A stretch of 44,610 nucleotides of DNA, counting the filler, from Jimgerdemannia flammicorona (Eukaryota), in NCBI GenBank assembly GCA_003990765.1. It is 2 parts of 2 records of this genome, joined end to end, with 100 filler letters (N's around TTAATTAATTAA, not from the genome) between each part and the next. Parts side by side here need not be neighbours in the genome. Positions count along the whole stretch, not along the records: positions 22,362 to 44,610 come from RBNJ01001313.1; 1 more part is not named here. The stretch is one strand, 5' to 3'. This document shows, piece after piece, positions 24,811-36,502 of this stretch (position 1 is its first letter; each line of letters starts with the position of its first letter). Position numbers and translations under genes: made by a program. Under the pieces are notes generated by a model. The model saw nothing but the letters and a program-made list of their open reading frames with translations. It was not told the DNA's origin and did not search any database.

Positions 24811-24906
24811 TCCAGGCCAAGTTCTTAGGTTTTTTTCCTTTTATTAATTTGAAAGGTATTAAATATTCCACAAGGCCAACCAACTTATCTGTGGACTCAC
24901 CGAATT

Positions 24907-27430
24907 TTAGCGGCCTGAGCCCCACCAAGACTTCAGACACATACACACCCAGATTGTCTCAGCATTCAGCATACACCTCTTTGGGGCAACAAGGTCTACC
25001 CTATCTGAGAACACCTGCTCGACGGGAGTGCTGGAGGCAGGAATCACCAGGTAGTCCCGAGCCATACCACACAGGCTAGGGAAGTCCGTTTGACGCAGCT
25101 GCATGCCCTGGTGGGTAGAGTAGAGTGGTGGTTAGATTGGTGGGTTAAATTGGCCCAACGCCTACCAGACAACCCACCTTCCACCAGTTGAGCACCTCCG
25201 TGCCCTCCAGCAGGACCACGCGGTCGCTGGCGAGGTAAATGGTAAGTTCGTCTATTGATGACAGCTCTTCCACTGACGGCTCTCTCTTCCTCTTTCTGCC
25301 GAAGTAAATATGGGACAGGAGGGATCTCTTGGCATATTCGTCCGGACTTCGGCCAGAACCTTGCAGTGGTGCATAGTTTTTCCGGTACACTTCAATTACG
25401 GCCTGCTTGGTTCTCTCAATGAAGTGCTACTCCCAGCCCTGATCTTTATGGTATTGTAGCTTTAAGCGTGGGTCCAGCACTGTTCGAAGAAAAGGAGAGT
25501 GAGTTTTTGCGGGGTTTCCTCTGTTTTGGAAGGGGCAACGGCCACATGCTGACATACCTGTACTGATTGAGTATACGGTGGTATCTGTTTGGGTGTAGTA
25601 TTTTCTAAGCTTGCTTAGAGCAACCACCATGGCGTCTCTCTGATTCGGGCTTAACCGTAAATCACCACAACCCTCCAGCCTATCCTCGAGCTTGTCCTCT
25701 AGCCAGTCAATCAGAAGGTTGTATACCGGTATCACAGAGCTTATTGTCGGGGTCGTTTGTTTGACTATATCCTTCGTACAATCATCGAAACACTGGTAGT
25801 TATATGTGGTGAGAATTGCACTGTGCGGAGGCAGACAAAACGAGTGTAGAGCCAGGGCAACTACCACTTACTTCCAAAACTCTGACAATATTCCTAAGTA
25901 TATCCCACTCACTTTCACCTAGAGCCTCAGCCCGTATTTCCTTGTTGGCAGCCATCGTTGAATCTGTTGGCTTTTTTTTTTTTTAAAAAAATAAATCTTC
26001 CATCATCCGAAACAGTTGCTTCAGCCGACCGAAGAAAAAAAGGATGCATACCACAGCAAACTCCAGCATGTGCTGGATCATTGCAAATGTTGAGTTCCAA
26101 CGTGTACAGACGTCCAATATAAGCTCTTTCGGGGCTAAACTGATTGCCCTACACTGCGCAGTGAATTTGTCTCATCATTGTGGGGACGATCGGACCGATA
26201 CAATCAGTTTGCACAGCTTGGAAATTATACTCAGGGTACCTCCTCTCTTGGATGTTTTGTCTATGTATATAAGATAGTCCTGAACAGCGAGGTTCAGTAC
26301 ATGGGCCTGGCATCGCACATGGCAGCTTTCTGCACTGAAGGCCACGTTTTTCTGTTTGAGGCTGGCTGCTAAACCTTGGAAAAATGTTGAGTTATTTGTG
26401 GCATTGTCCGTCGTAATGGCCAAAATCTGTACTTGAAATATTTGGTTGACAAATTTATGTGAAAATAAGTAACCAATAAAATCTGGTTTGGTTTAGGACC
26501 TCCCTCAAAATGCCAACCTGATGGCAAGCCCCTCTTTTTTACCTTGGTGGTGATCCCAAGCTCCTGGATACAACTAATAAAAGCATCTGCGATATTGTCT
26601 CTAGAATGAGGGCCAGCAAGTTTGACAAAGTCAAGGGTGAGAGATTTAAGCTGCCAATCGAGGTCAATCCAATGACTGGTAATGCCCAGAAATGAAATTG
26701 CATTGGGGGATATCCATGTGTCGATCGTAAAAAAAATTTTGCCTGCCGAATTCTACTTATTGAATGTGAGGTTAAATTGGTGAGCTCTTTTGTATAATTC
26801 AGCTTGCAAAGGTCACGGTGCTGCCCTTATTTTACCTGAAGTGTCTGGTGGAGATTGTTGTGCTCCTTCCTATAGGCCTCCAGGATATCTTTGCGAATAG
26901 TATCAGCACTTGGCAAATATAAATCATGCTTGAGGAGGCCAAAGATGCTATGCAATTGATCACTCTTGATGGTTGTGAATGGCTGGTCTGTGCACACAAT
27001 CCAGCGAATGAGCTGATTTCGAAATTCTGCCAAAGAGTATGGCTAAAATTTTTGATTAAATGGCGTTGTTGGTACAGAAATGGTCAGGCAATCGGATAAA
27101 CGTACCCACCACAGCTTGGATGTTGATTTTATTTGTCTCTGTGTTCTTTTTTATTTTGTCAGAGTGCTTGTCTTTTATGTGTCGATTCATGTTCGAAGTC
27201 GTACCCCCAAGCATTTTGAACTTCTGGCTGGTACAGTTTATGGGGGTGGATGAAACAATATCATGTGTGTGTCAAAACAAAGTGTCAATAGGTGCGTCTT
27301 AATTTTTTACCTGCAATAATTACAAACAACATCATCTCCTATCTTAGTACAATGTTGTCAGATTTCGGAGCGAGGATTGCGTGGAAGGTGTGGAACTATC
27401 AGGGATGTTTGACTTGAAGCATCGTTGGTA
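24907..27430 (-). pseudogene. hAT (Ac-like) transposase, multi-intron, with BED finger, DDE core and C-terminal dimerisation domain; inactivated
   Basis: VVCNYC...TTSNMNRHIKDKH (BED), TIDTWISPNAISFLGITSHWID, AITTDNATNN, HVRCQAHVLNLAVQD, VCTRWNSTF, VLDPRLKL, LNWWK, FPSLCGMARDYLVIPASSTPVEQVFS. SPQ**DKF carries two TGA codons at 26172-26177. Start coordinate is approximate. Confidence 0.9.
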
Positions 27431-27555
27431 CTGTGAACTGTTGAAGACTGATCTGTCGACATGTGTGTTTGCATGTTTGTATGTGCATGTGTATGTGTGT
27501 GTGTGTATGCATATATGTGTGTTATGTTGTGGATGCGTCTGGCATATAAGTCATG

Positions 27556-28005
27556 TGGAGGATTTGGATTGGAGGATTCGGTTGAAGGATTTGGATGAGG
27601 ATTCAGATTGAAGAATTTGAATTGGAGGATTCAAATTGGAGAATTCGAATAGAGGATTCGAATTGGAGGATTCGGATTGAGTAATTCGGATTGAGTGATT
27701 CGGATTGAGTAATTTGGATTGAGTGATTCAGATTGAGTGGTTTGGATTGGAGTGGTTCAGATGGGTGATTCGGATGGGTGATTTGGATGGGGTGATTTGG
27801 ATGGGGTGATTCAGATTGAGTGATTTGGATTGAGTGATTTGGATTGGGGTGGTTTGGATGGGTGATTCGGATGGGTGATTTGGATGGGGCGATTTGGATG
27901 GGGCGATTCGGATTAAATCCGAGTTGATCCGGATGGCTTCGGATTTGAGATTTGAATCAAACTGTCATGTGACGAATCGAATCCGGATTTGATTCGAATT
28001 GACTC
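27556..28005. repeat. hAT subterminal short-repeat array (GATT[C/T]GGATT/GGATG motifs)
   Basis: Dozens of 14-15-bp periodic units such as GAGTGATTCGGATT and GGGTGATTTGGATG, with inverted copies (ATCCG/AATC) near the terminus. Confidence 0.85.
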
Positions 28006-28489
28006 GTTCGGAGCACTAGCCAGGGCAGTAATCGATCTTAATGCCCAGAAGATACAAATCACATACCAGGGACAGAGGATATGAATTCCCATCAATATCA
28101 ACAAAGGAGTCTTGTCTGATATGGAAGAAGAAGAGAGTGAGCAGGAGGAAGCTTATATGGTAACTATTCCAAAGAGGAAAGTAGGATAGATGAGTGAAGA
28201 AGAATGATGCAAGAAGATCACAGAAGGCTATGCACTACAAGGAGTCTGTCCTCACAGGATCAAGATATACTGTATGGAGTATGTCAATGATTGCTATCAA
28301 TATATCATCAGAATCAGAAAGATTCACTAGGAAAGAAGACAGAAGGCTCTTGAAAAACAGGTCAGAGAAGAAAAGGAGGAGGAAGATGACAAATCACCAG
28401 CCCTCCTGGAGGACAGTGATGATGAATAAATCAACATCAAGATTTGAAGAACCCACCCTGATACAGTTCTGCCAGAATACAAGTCAGAA

Positions 28490-28850
28490 AATACAGCTAG
28501 AATGGACATTACCATAGTAGAAAAAATTATACTAGAACCCCAGACAACTATCCTACTTGCAACTGGACTGGAAATGACTATTCTAAAAGACCATGTTGGG
28601 ATCCTCAAGACAAGAAGCAGCCTGGCCAGAAGTGAAATTACGATTGAAGGAGAAGTCATTGATTCTGACTATACTGGAGAAATTCTACTCATTGCTAGAA
28701 ATCACAATCCTACAATCCCATTCCCAGTCAAGAAGAAGGACTGATTGGCACAGATGCTGATCTTTCCGATCCTACAACTAAGGATCATAGAAGTCAAGGA
28801 TCTGGAGGAAATGAAAAGAGGAAAAAAAGAATTTGGATCCACAGAAAGAG
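28490..28850 (+). pseudogene. Trimeric dUTPase domain within Gypsy A pol
   Basis: dUTPase motifs II-V recognisable; one TGA at 28742-28744 in frame with RT. Confidence 0.88.
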
Positions 28851-31490
28851 GAGTATTCATCAGTATCAAGATCACCAAACTGAAGTATAAGAAGGAGGAA
28901 AGCACAAACAAGTACAGCTATACTATCAGAAACGAATTCCCACTCAAGGAGGAACTCAAGAAAATACTCCATGAATTTGAGAATGTCCTTGCCATGGACT
29001 TCAAGGATATCAAAGAAAAGACTCCACACTACTATCATGAGGTAGATACTGGAGACACTGAACCAATTTACCAGAAGGTAAGATCTGTCCCACCAGCCTA
29101 CTGAGAATGGCTCAGAGAAGAAATCAAGCAGATGGAAGAAGCTGGTATTATCAAAGAAGCCAGCAGTCCCTGGTCTTCACCAGTTGTACTAGCCACAAAA
29201 AAAGGAAGCAAACCTGGAGAATTCGCCCCAAGACTCTGTGTCAACTACAGAAAGCTCAATACAGTTACCAAGAAGGATTGCCAACCACTGCCCCTCATCA
29301 GTGACATCCTTATAACACTAGGAGATGAAGTACAGTACTACAGCACCTTGGACTTATACTCAGGATTCCACCAAATCAGACTCACAGAGATGACAAGTGA
29401 AAAGTCAGCCTTCATCACCCCAGATGGAACCTACATCTACCTACAAATGCCATTCAGGATGTGCAATACACCAGCAAGCTTTCAGCAAATGATGAACAAA
29501 ATCTTCTGCTATGACATGGAAAGATGGATGATGGTTTATGTCAATGATGTAATCATCTACAATAAGACACCTGAGGAACATCTGCAGTACATACAGCAGA
29601 TAATGGAGAGACTAAGACAATATGGCCTTTACATCAAACCCAAGAAGTGCAAGTTTGCAGAAATCGAGATCTCCTACCTTGGCCATGTTATCAATTAAGA
29701 TGGAACACATATGGACTCTCTCAAAATACAAGCAGTAACAGCATACCCAAGGCCCACCACTGTTACAGAAGCTCAAGCCTTCATGGGACTTGCCTCCTAC
29801 TATCGCAGATTCACTAGAGGATTCTCCAACATTGCAGGTCCAATCTATGAACTCAATAAGAAGGATACCAAGTTCCAGTAGACTGGCAGACAACAAAAAG
29901 CATTTGATGAACTCAAGATCAGACTAACTCAGACACCCATCCTCAGATGACCCAATTGAACTCAAGAATTCATTCTACAGATAGATGCAAGTACACAGAG
30001 ACTAGGAGCAGTTCTAGCTCAAAAGGAAGACAAAAAAGAGTATGTCATTGCATATCTAAGCCGAGGAACCCAAGGAGCTGAAAAAGAATATGAATCCTAC
30101 AAGTTGGAATGCCTCACAGTCATCTGGGCTGTGGAAAAGTTCCACTACTATCTGGCTGGAAGACACTTCACCATCCAGACAGACCACTCAGCTCTCATCT
30201 GGCTACTGACAACCAGATAACCCAAAGGAATCTACACTAGATGGATAATGAAGCTACAAGCCTATGATGTAACCATTGTATACTACTCTGGAAGAACAAA
30301 TTCCAATATAGATGCTCTCTCATGGATACTCTGAAATATTGCCAACCAACAAATCAATCATGAATAAGAAGCTCTACTATGGAATCATCACATATCTGGA
30401 ACAGCAAAAGATGCCCCAACATCTAGAAGAATGGATACAAATGATTATCAACAGAACATGGAAACAATTCAAAACTGATAGACAAATACTGAAGAAAGGA
30501 AAACTACTAGTCATACCAGAACACAGGAAAGAGCAAGCAATGAAATCAGTACATGAACTTGGCCAGGAATGGAGGAAGATATCAGACAATTTGTCAAAAC
30601 CTGTGACAAATACCAGAAACAGAAGTAAGACCAATGAAACCAAGCCCTGGGATCAGCATGCATAGAACTAGTACTATTTGCCCACATAGCAATAGATATA
30701 ATTGGCCCTCTGCCCTTGACCCTGACTGGTAACCAATATATTGTTATCATCATAGACCTTTTTACAAAATGGATAGAAGCAGGACCCCTCAAGGAAGCCA
30801 ATGCACAGTCAATCGCTGATTTCTTCCACAAAGAAATCATCTGCTGGTTCAAGACCCCAATACAAGTAACTACAGATAGAGGAACAGAATTTGTAAACCA
30901 GTTCCTTGAGGTTCTCTACAAGAAGTATAAGATCCAGCACATTCAGACCACAGCCTATCACCCCCAAGAAAACAGATAAGCAGAAAGGACTAACAAGACT
31001 CTCAAGAATGTTATCACCAAGATCTGTAATAACTATGAAAACTGGGATCACTATCTGCCAATAGCATTATCTGCTCTCCAGGATATCAGATCACAAAGTA
31101 CCCACTTTACCCCTTGGAAGATGCTGTTCGGAGAAGAAAGTTCTTGAGAAACCCTATCATCCAATGGAGATGCTATATGGAGACATGTGGATGGAAAAAT
31201 ACAGAGACTATACCAAATCAGGAAGAAGGCTGAGGATTACATAACAAAGGCACAGACACTACAACAGAAGAATGCAGAAAAAACCCACAAGCCCCTGGAG
31301 ATTATCAAGATAGAAGACAAAGTTCTGATATATTGGAACATAGTAGAAGCCTCATGGTCATGAAAACTGGAGCCCAAGTGGGAAGGACCTTACCTCATGC
31401 AAGATATAAAAGGAACCACCTTTTGGCTACAAAAACTCTCAGGTACAATCATCCCCACTACTATCCACCAAAACCAACTCAAGAAGTATC

Positions 31491-31952
31491 ATGACCAGTC
31501 AACAAAGTAATACTGCTGCCCTCAGAATTACTAGTGCAGCTCAGTGAGCCATCAAAAGACAGTGGTGTTCTACTGAGCCACCAACAATAGAGGAATCCTT
31601 TGACAGTATCTAGAGTATAGTGCAAATACACTTGTCACGAATCTCACATTTCAAGGTCTATCAGAATCAAACTGAGTTCCAGGAAAACTTCAAGTTGGGA
31701 TAGCTACTGAATTCAAGACTGAAGATGGGAAAAGAAGACTAGATCACAGAATGTCAGCTCTTCTACATTCAGATCACAATTGCAAAAAGAGTGCACAAGT
31801 TATTCAAAGATGATAAATCAGCCTTAGTCCATTTCCGAGGAGTAACCCCAGGAGACTTTGGATATATCAAGAGGTAACATTGGAAGGACATAATGACACA
31901 AATCACACAGTATAAGGAAATACAAATTGTAAAAGCCTGGGAATTCAAGTGA
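31491..31952 (+). pseudogene. Extra ~153-codon ORF between integrase and PPT of Gypsy A
   Basis: Single frame from ATG 31491 to TGA 31950-31952, broken only by 5 stops that transitions can explain. Confidence 0.6.
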
Positions 31953-31993
31953 ATAAGATGCTCCTGAGACGAATCACCTATTCAAGAGGAAGA

Positions 31994-32457
31994 TGTGATA
32001 GCTGATCTGAATTAGTAACATGAAACAGAAAATTAGACATTTGATCGCAGTATCTGAATCCAATTCCCAATATAGTATAGCCATATAAATAGCAGTTATA
32101 TTTCGCAAAGTGCAGAAACTTTAATGTTTGCAAAGATTTAGGAGATATTAGAATCTTTGCAATCAGTGAAATCTTAGCAGATGTTAAAAGATTCAATACT
32201 TGCGAAATGAGCCATTACTTAGCCACCTTATAGCTAGCAAACTTATATAAATAACCCAGTATCTTAGAGTGAATAAACCTCAGATTGAAATAGTTCAAAA
32301 GCAAAGAGATAGCAAAGGAACTAGTAAGCCTGTAGGTAGATACACTTTGAACTCATCCATCCTTGCATCCCAAGGACTCTGAGGAGTCAGAGAAGATTAA
32401 GTATTCAAGATACAGAAATCTGATGTACTTTCAAGAGTAAGTGTCCACTATGTTACA
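31994..32457 (+). repeat. 3' LTR of Gypsy A (~464 bp)
   Basis: Follows purine tract AAGAGGAAGA (31984-31993). Starts TGTGAT, ends GTTACA. Internal TATATAAATA and AATAAA. Partner LTR is not in the contig. Confidence 0.7.
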
Positions 32458-34518
32458 GTATTAAGAAAAAAGACAAAAATGTTCTAATAAAGTCTTAGTA
32501 CTAAGAGAGAATTTTTAAATATTTAAAAGATATTGAAATATTGTAAAATATTTAAAAAAAGTTAAGAAAAAACTATAAAAAAATATAAAAATATATTATA
32601 ATTAAGATATTATTAAAAAATTATTATATCTCTCTATCTTTAAGAATAAATATTCTTATTGAATTTTAAAATTATATGAGAATAATTATATTTAAGCAAA
32701 GTTTCTCAAATAAAATTAAATACTACTATATATAAAAAGTTATCTAACTTTATAAAATAAAAACTAAAGGCTTAATAGTTAAAGATTTGAACTATATAAG
32801 AGAAACTTCTTATTATCTTAAATAAGCTTATTAGTAGTAACTATATTAGTATATTAAGCTAGTAAGTAGAGATAGAGATATATATTTTTACCTTAAAGTC
32901 TTGAATGAGATCTTATATATTCTTGAGATTAATCAATAGTTTCTAGATAATATCAATTTAGAATAGTCTATCTATTTGATTAAATATTTAGATTAATAGT
33001 AGTAAATAATCTTATTAAATCTTATACTTAATATGGTCTTCAATAATCATAAAGATAAATAGTTTGAATATTTAAACAAAATAAAATAGTAACTGATTTC
33101 AGATCTTAAGATAAGATATATAAAAAACTAGATAAATTTATATAGTTTTAGATAGCTTGAGATAATAGAAGAATATAGAGACTTATTCTATAATCTCAAA
33201 GAGTTTAGTAAACTTAGATTGAAATTTATTTAATAAGCAGTTAACTTGAAATTATATTTTGAGATTCTCAATATATAAAAGAACTTAATTACTAATAGTA
33301 TAGATAATATTATAGTATTTTTTATTAATATATATACTTGACTTGATATTGTTAGACTTTTTGAAGATTTACAGTAGTAATTTTGAATAGTTTATCTATC
33401 TTATTAATGAAGTTTTTAGTAATAGAGACTTAGAGTCTCTTTCTCTACTATTATACTAATTATAAGATTTTGATAAGTAATCTTCTGAGTTCTTTTTTCA
33501 TAACTTTTATTCTCTTTACCTTGAGTTGATTTGCTATACCTATTATAGAATAGTAAGAGAGAGATAATGATAATAAGTTGCTATATTATTAGTATCAGAT
33601 TAGTGTTTTTTTTTTTTTTACTTTTTTACAGTTTCTGGTACCTCTGACCACATCTGATATATACTTATTTAGTATAGTACTTTCTTTCTTTTATTATTAC
33701 CAATAAAATATCATCTTAGTATATTATAGACTATATAGAAAGTCAGCTAATCTTAAGCATCAAGTATTAGTATAAGTTATCTATAGATCTCTAGTACCTA
33801 TAGTAAAGCTCTCTGAGCTTTAGTAAGCTTTCTGGTAAGTATAGTTTTAGTACAGATAACTGCTTTTTGAGTAGAGTTAGAATGAGAGAAGAGATAGTTA
33901 TCACAGATAAGAGAAAGAGTAATTATAGTAAATCAGTAGAATGTTAGGCTAATAATAGTTATCAGAACTAATATAAATACTGTATTAGTAGAGTCTTCTG
34001 ATTAATATAGAGTAATTAGATAGTAGGTATTACTCTTAACAGTTCTTAGTAATATGTGAAGTTAGACTCTAGTTATTGAGAGTTATTAAAGAGTCCAACA
34101 TTACTCAGATTAGATATCTTAACTATACTTAACTAGAACTAGGTATTGATATAGTAATATGATCAAGATCTGTAAGTTTGAGTAATAGAGTATTAAAGAT
34201 CTTCTCTTATCTTACATATAAGTTCTCTACTTATCTCATTAGAGAGAACCAAGTTCCATCTACTGTTTTGTATTTTTGAAAGAGTTTTTTCTTTATCTAT
34301 TACTCTATTTGAGATAGTGGACTATTCTATTTAACTCAAGTATAGTCTTATATATATATTGAGATTTTGGATATATATCTTCAGTCATAGGCATATGATT
34401 ACTTTCTTTTTAATAGTAAGAAGAGCATAGTATATACATATAATGAGATATAGGCTACTATAATCTCTACTGTATCTGATATAGTTAAGCTACTAGACAA
34501 TAGCTAGTCTAGATCTAA
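32458..34518 (+). mobile_element. Very heavily C>T/G>A-mutated LINE remnant, same family as 173-1366
   Basis: ~33434-34518 aligns with ~178-1252, mostly by transitions. The upstream part is extremely AT/TpA-rich and is assigned to the element by continuity only. Confidence 0.7.
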
Positions 34519-36502
34519 TATAAGTGCACAACTTCCAAGTTACTAAAATTACATATAATCTCTGAATAAATCCAGAAATTATATATATGATTATAAAGCT
34601 GAGTCAAACCAAAGTCACAGCATATAAAGCTAAGTCAACTTGAAGTTATAGAATACAAAATTTATATAAATGGAGTCTTACCAATCAGGACCAAATATAT
34701 ATATACCAAGTACTGAGATATATCAAAATAAAGAACCACAACAAATTAAACAAATAATCCCAACTCTTAAATATATATACAAATATGACCACTGAGATCT
34801 ATAACTACATCTGTACTGACATTTGGAATACCATTGTCAACTAAGCTACACTCTCTCTGCTTCTTATGAATATCTATAACCTAGCACCTCTTTACTTTGT
34901 GGAAGCCTGATAGAATACCCTGAACATGCTCAGCAAAGTCTACCAAATTAGATAAATCTCAAGCTACTATCAGATTGGTCATCTCCTGGAAGATATGATT
35001 GAATACTACTATAATACTAATATTACTCAGATGTCTCAGCACTAGAAACTCATTACCCACAAATATCGAGAACTCTTCTATGAGTATAGCTTCTTTATTC
35101 TCCATCTCCAAGTTATTACTGCTAAAATGGTTACTATTCTATCTTATGGCCAAATTGATGATATAATATAAGAACTTAACCACAAGTATATCAAGTATAT
35201 TCAAACTACAGACAGAACCTTCCTGCACTCAGATGACCACATTCTACAAATGCCCCAAGTTGGATATGCTATGAAAGATATCTATAATATAATTCAATTT
35301 AATGATAACAAAGCAGAAGACAATGATCTCTCTAATACTGATATGACCTTAAGCCAAGGATCTCTACCAACTCTGATCACTCTGCCAACCTTGCTGATGA
35401 ACTTATAATAGTTCATAACTATCTATGAGACCTATTGAGATAATGACTACTGGTATAAGTACCAATCCATATTCACCACCAATTACTTCAATTATAATAA
35501 AGAGACCAGAGAATATAACCTATATCTCTAGATAATCCTTGAGATTGAACCAACAACTCCACCATCTGAGTATGAGTGATATGAAGTATAACTGCCAGTA
35601 TACTACAACTCTACAACTTATAGTATTATAATCTATAGAAGGTATACAGACAGTGAATCTGATGATAGTGAAGATGATGTATTCCTCCTTTACCTATCAA
35701 CTTCTTATCCAGTATACAAGACAGATAATGCTATTCTGTAGGATAGCAATGAAGTCCCAATATATTATTATCTTAGTGAATAGAGAGAAGTAATCCAAGA
35801 ACTACTTTTCTTAAATAACTACTTCATTAGAGATAATATCATTGATGGTAATATCACTGAAAACTACCCAGATAGTATCTAAATCTATAGATAGTCTAGC
35901 AGTCATTAGTATAGTTAGATTAGTCTTATATGACATAACTGTGAACTAACTCAGCAAGGTACTAAGTACTACATCTATATTTAGCATAGTCCAGATAGCC
36001 TTCTATTAGTATAAATATCTCCTCCTCCAGATCTCAGAATCTCAGACTTGAGCATACAGAACAATTTGAACACAACTCCTAAATACTTCTCACAATATTT
36101 CTTCATAACTACTCCTAGTATAATAATATTACGAATAGTGAATAAACCTATTTAATAACTCACCAATTACTCTTAAGTAAATCTGCTTCTTATTAGGTTC
36201 TACTTCTAATCCTATTATAAAATTTTCTAATTGAGTATTGTCTACAGTGATATACCAATTCAATTAAGCTGGTCTTAGTTTCTTAAACTTTCTGAAATAT
36301 AGAAAATTCTGAACATCCAGAACTAGTTCAAAAAAGGACTTTGGTTGAGACATCAATCTGATCTTGAAATCAATAAGTATAGAGGATATACTTTATATAA
36401 AATTGATCATGACCTAAAGAAAACAGTCTTTGAATATCCAGAACTTCCAGAAACCCTTTCCAAAACTATATAATGGTTACCCTAATAAGTAATCCTCTTA
36501 TA
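34519..36502 (+). repeat. Putative ~1.98-kb 5' LTR of Gypsy B, followed by a PBS-like TGGTAGCAG at 36506
   Basis: Start TATAAGTGCACAACT matches TGTAAGTATACAACT (42990-43004), which follows the purine tract 42976-42988. End CTTATA is a mutated CTTACA, the inverted repeat of TGTAAG. Confidence 0.6.
34785..35890 (+). pseudogene. Decayed ~365-codon ORF of unknown function inside the putative LTR of Gypsy B
   Basis: One frame from ATG 34785 (MTTEIYNYICTDIW...LSKVYQIR*ISSYYQIGHLL...YTDSESDDSEDD), interrupted by TAA/TAG/TGA consistent with C>T/G>A changes. Confidence 0.55.

Larger units (their letters stand above)
22362..28018 (-). mobile_element. hAT-superfamily DNA transposon; one terminus at 28018, the other not in the contig
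   Basis: Terminus reads TAGTGCTCCGAACGAGTC on the minus strand, followed by dense subterminal repeats and a hAT transposase. Abrupt junction with the Gypsy protease at 28018/28019. Left extent is inferred. Confidence 0.7.
28019..32457 (+). mobile_element. Ty3/Gypsy LTR retrotransposon A (3' part): PR C-terminus - dUTPase - RT - RNaseH - integrase - extra ORF - PPT - 3' LTR; decayed
   Basis: RAVIDLNAQKIQI (end of protease). dUTPase TRSSLA, GEVIDSDYTGE, RGKKEFGST. RT SPWSSPVVL, LCVNYRKLN, LDLYSGFHQI, YVNDV. RNaseH QIDAS, TDHSAL. IN IDIIGPL, TDRGTEF, AYHPQ, KWEGPY. Confidence 0.92.

Noticed and set aside
24231..25079. 190-aa ORFs on both strands
   Set aside because: They span the GC-rich repeat and the antisense of the transposase, and have no domain features.
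34785..34880. F-box-like motif (ICTDIWNTIV) at the start of the LTR ORF
   Set aside because: It lacks the LP start and the VC[KR]xW end; the resemblance is too weak in a hypermutated sequence.
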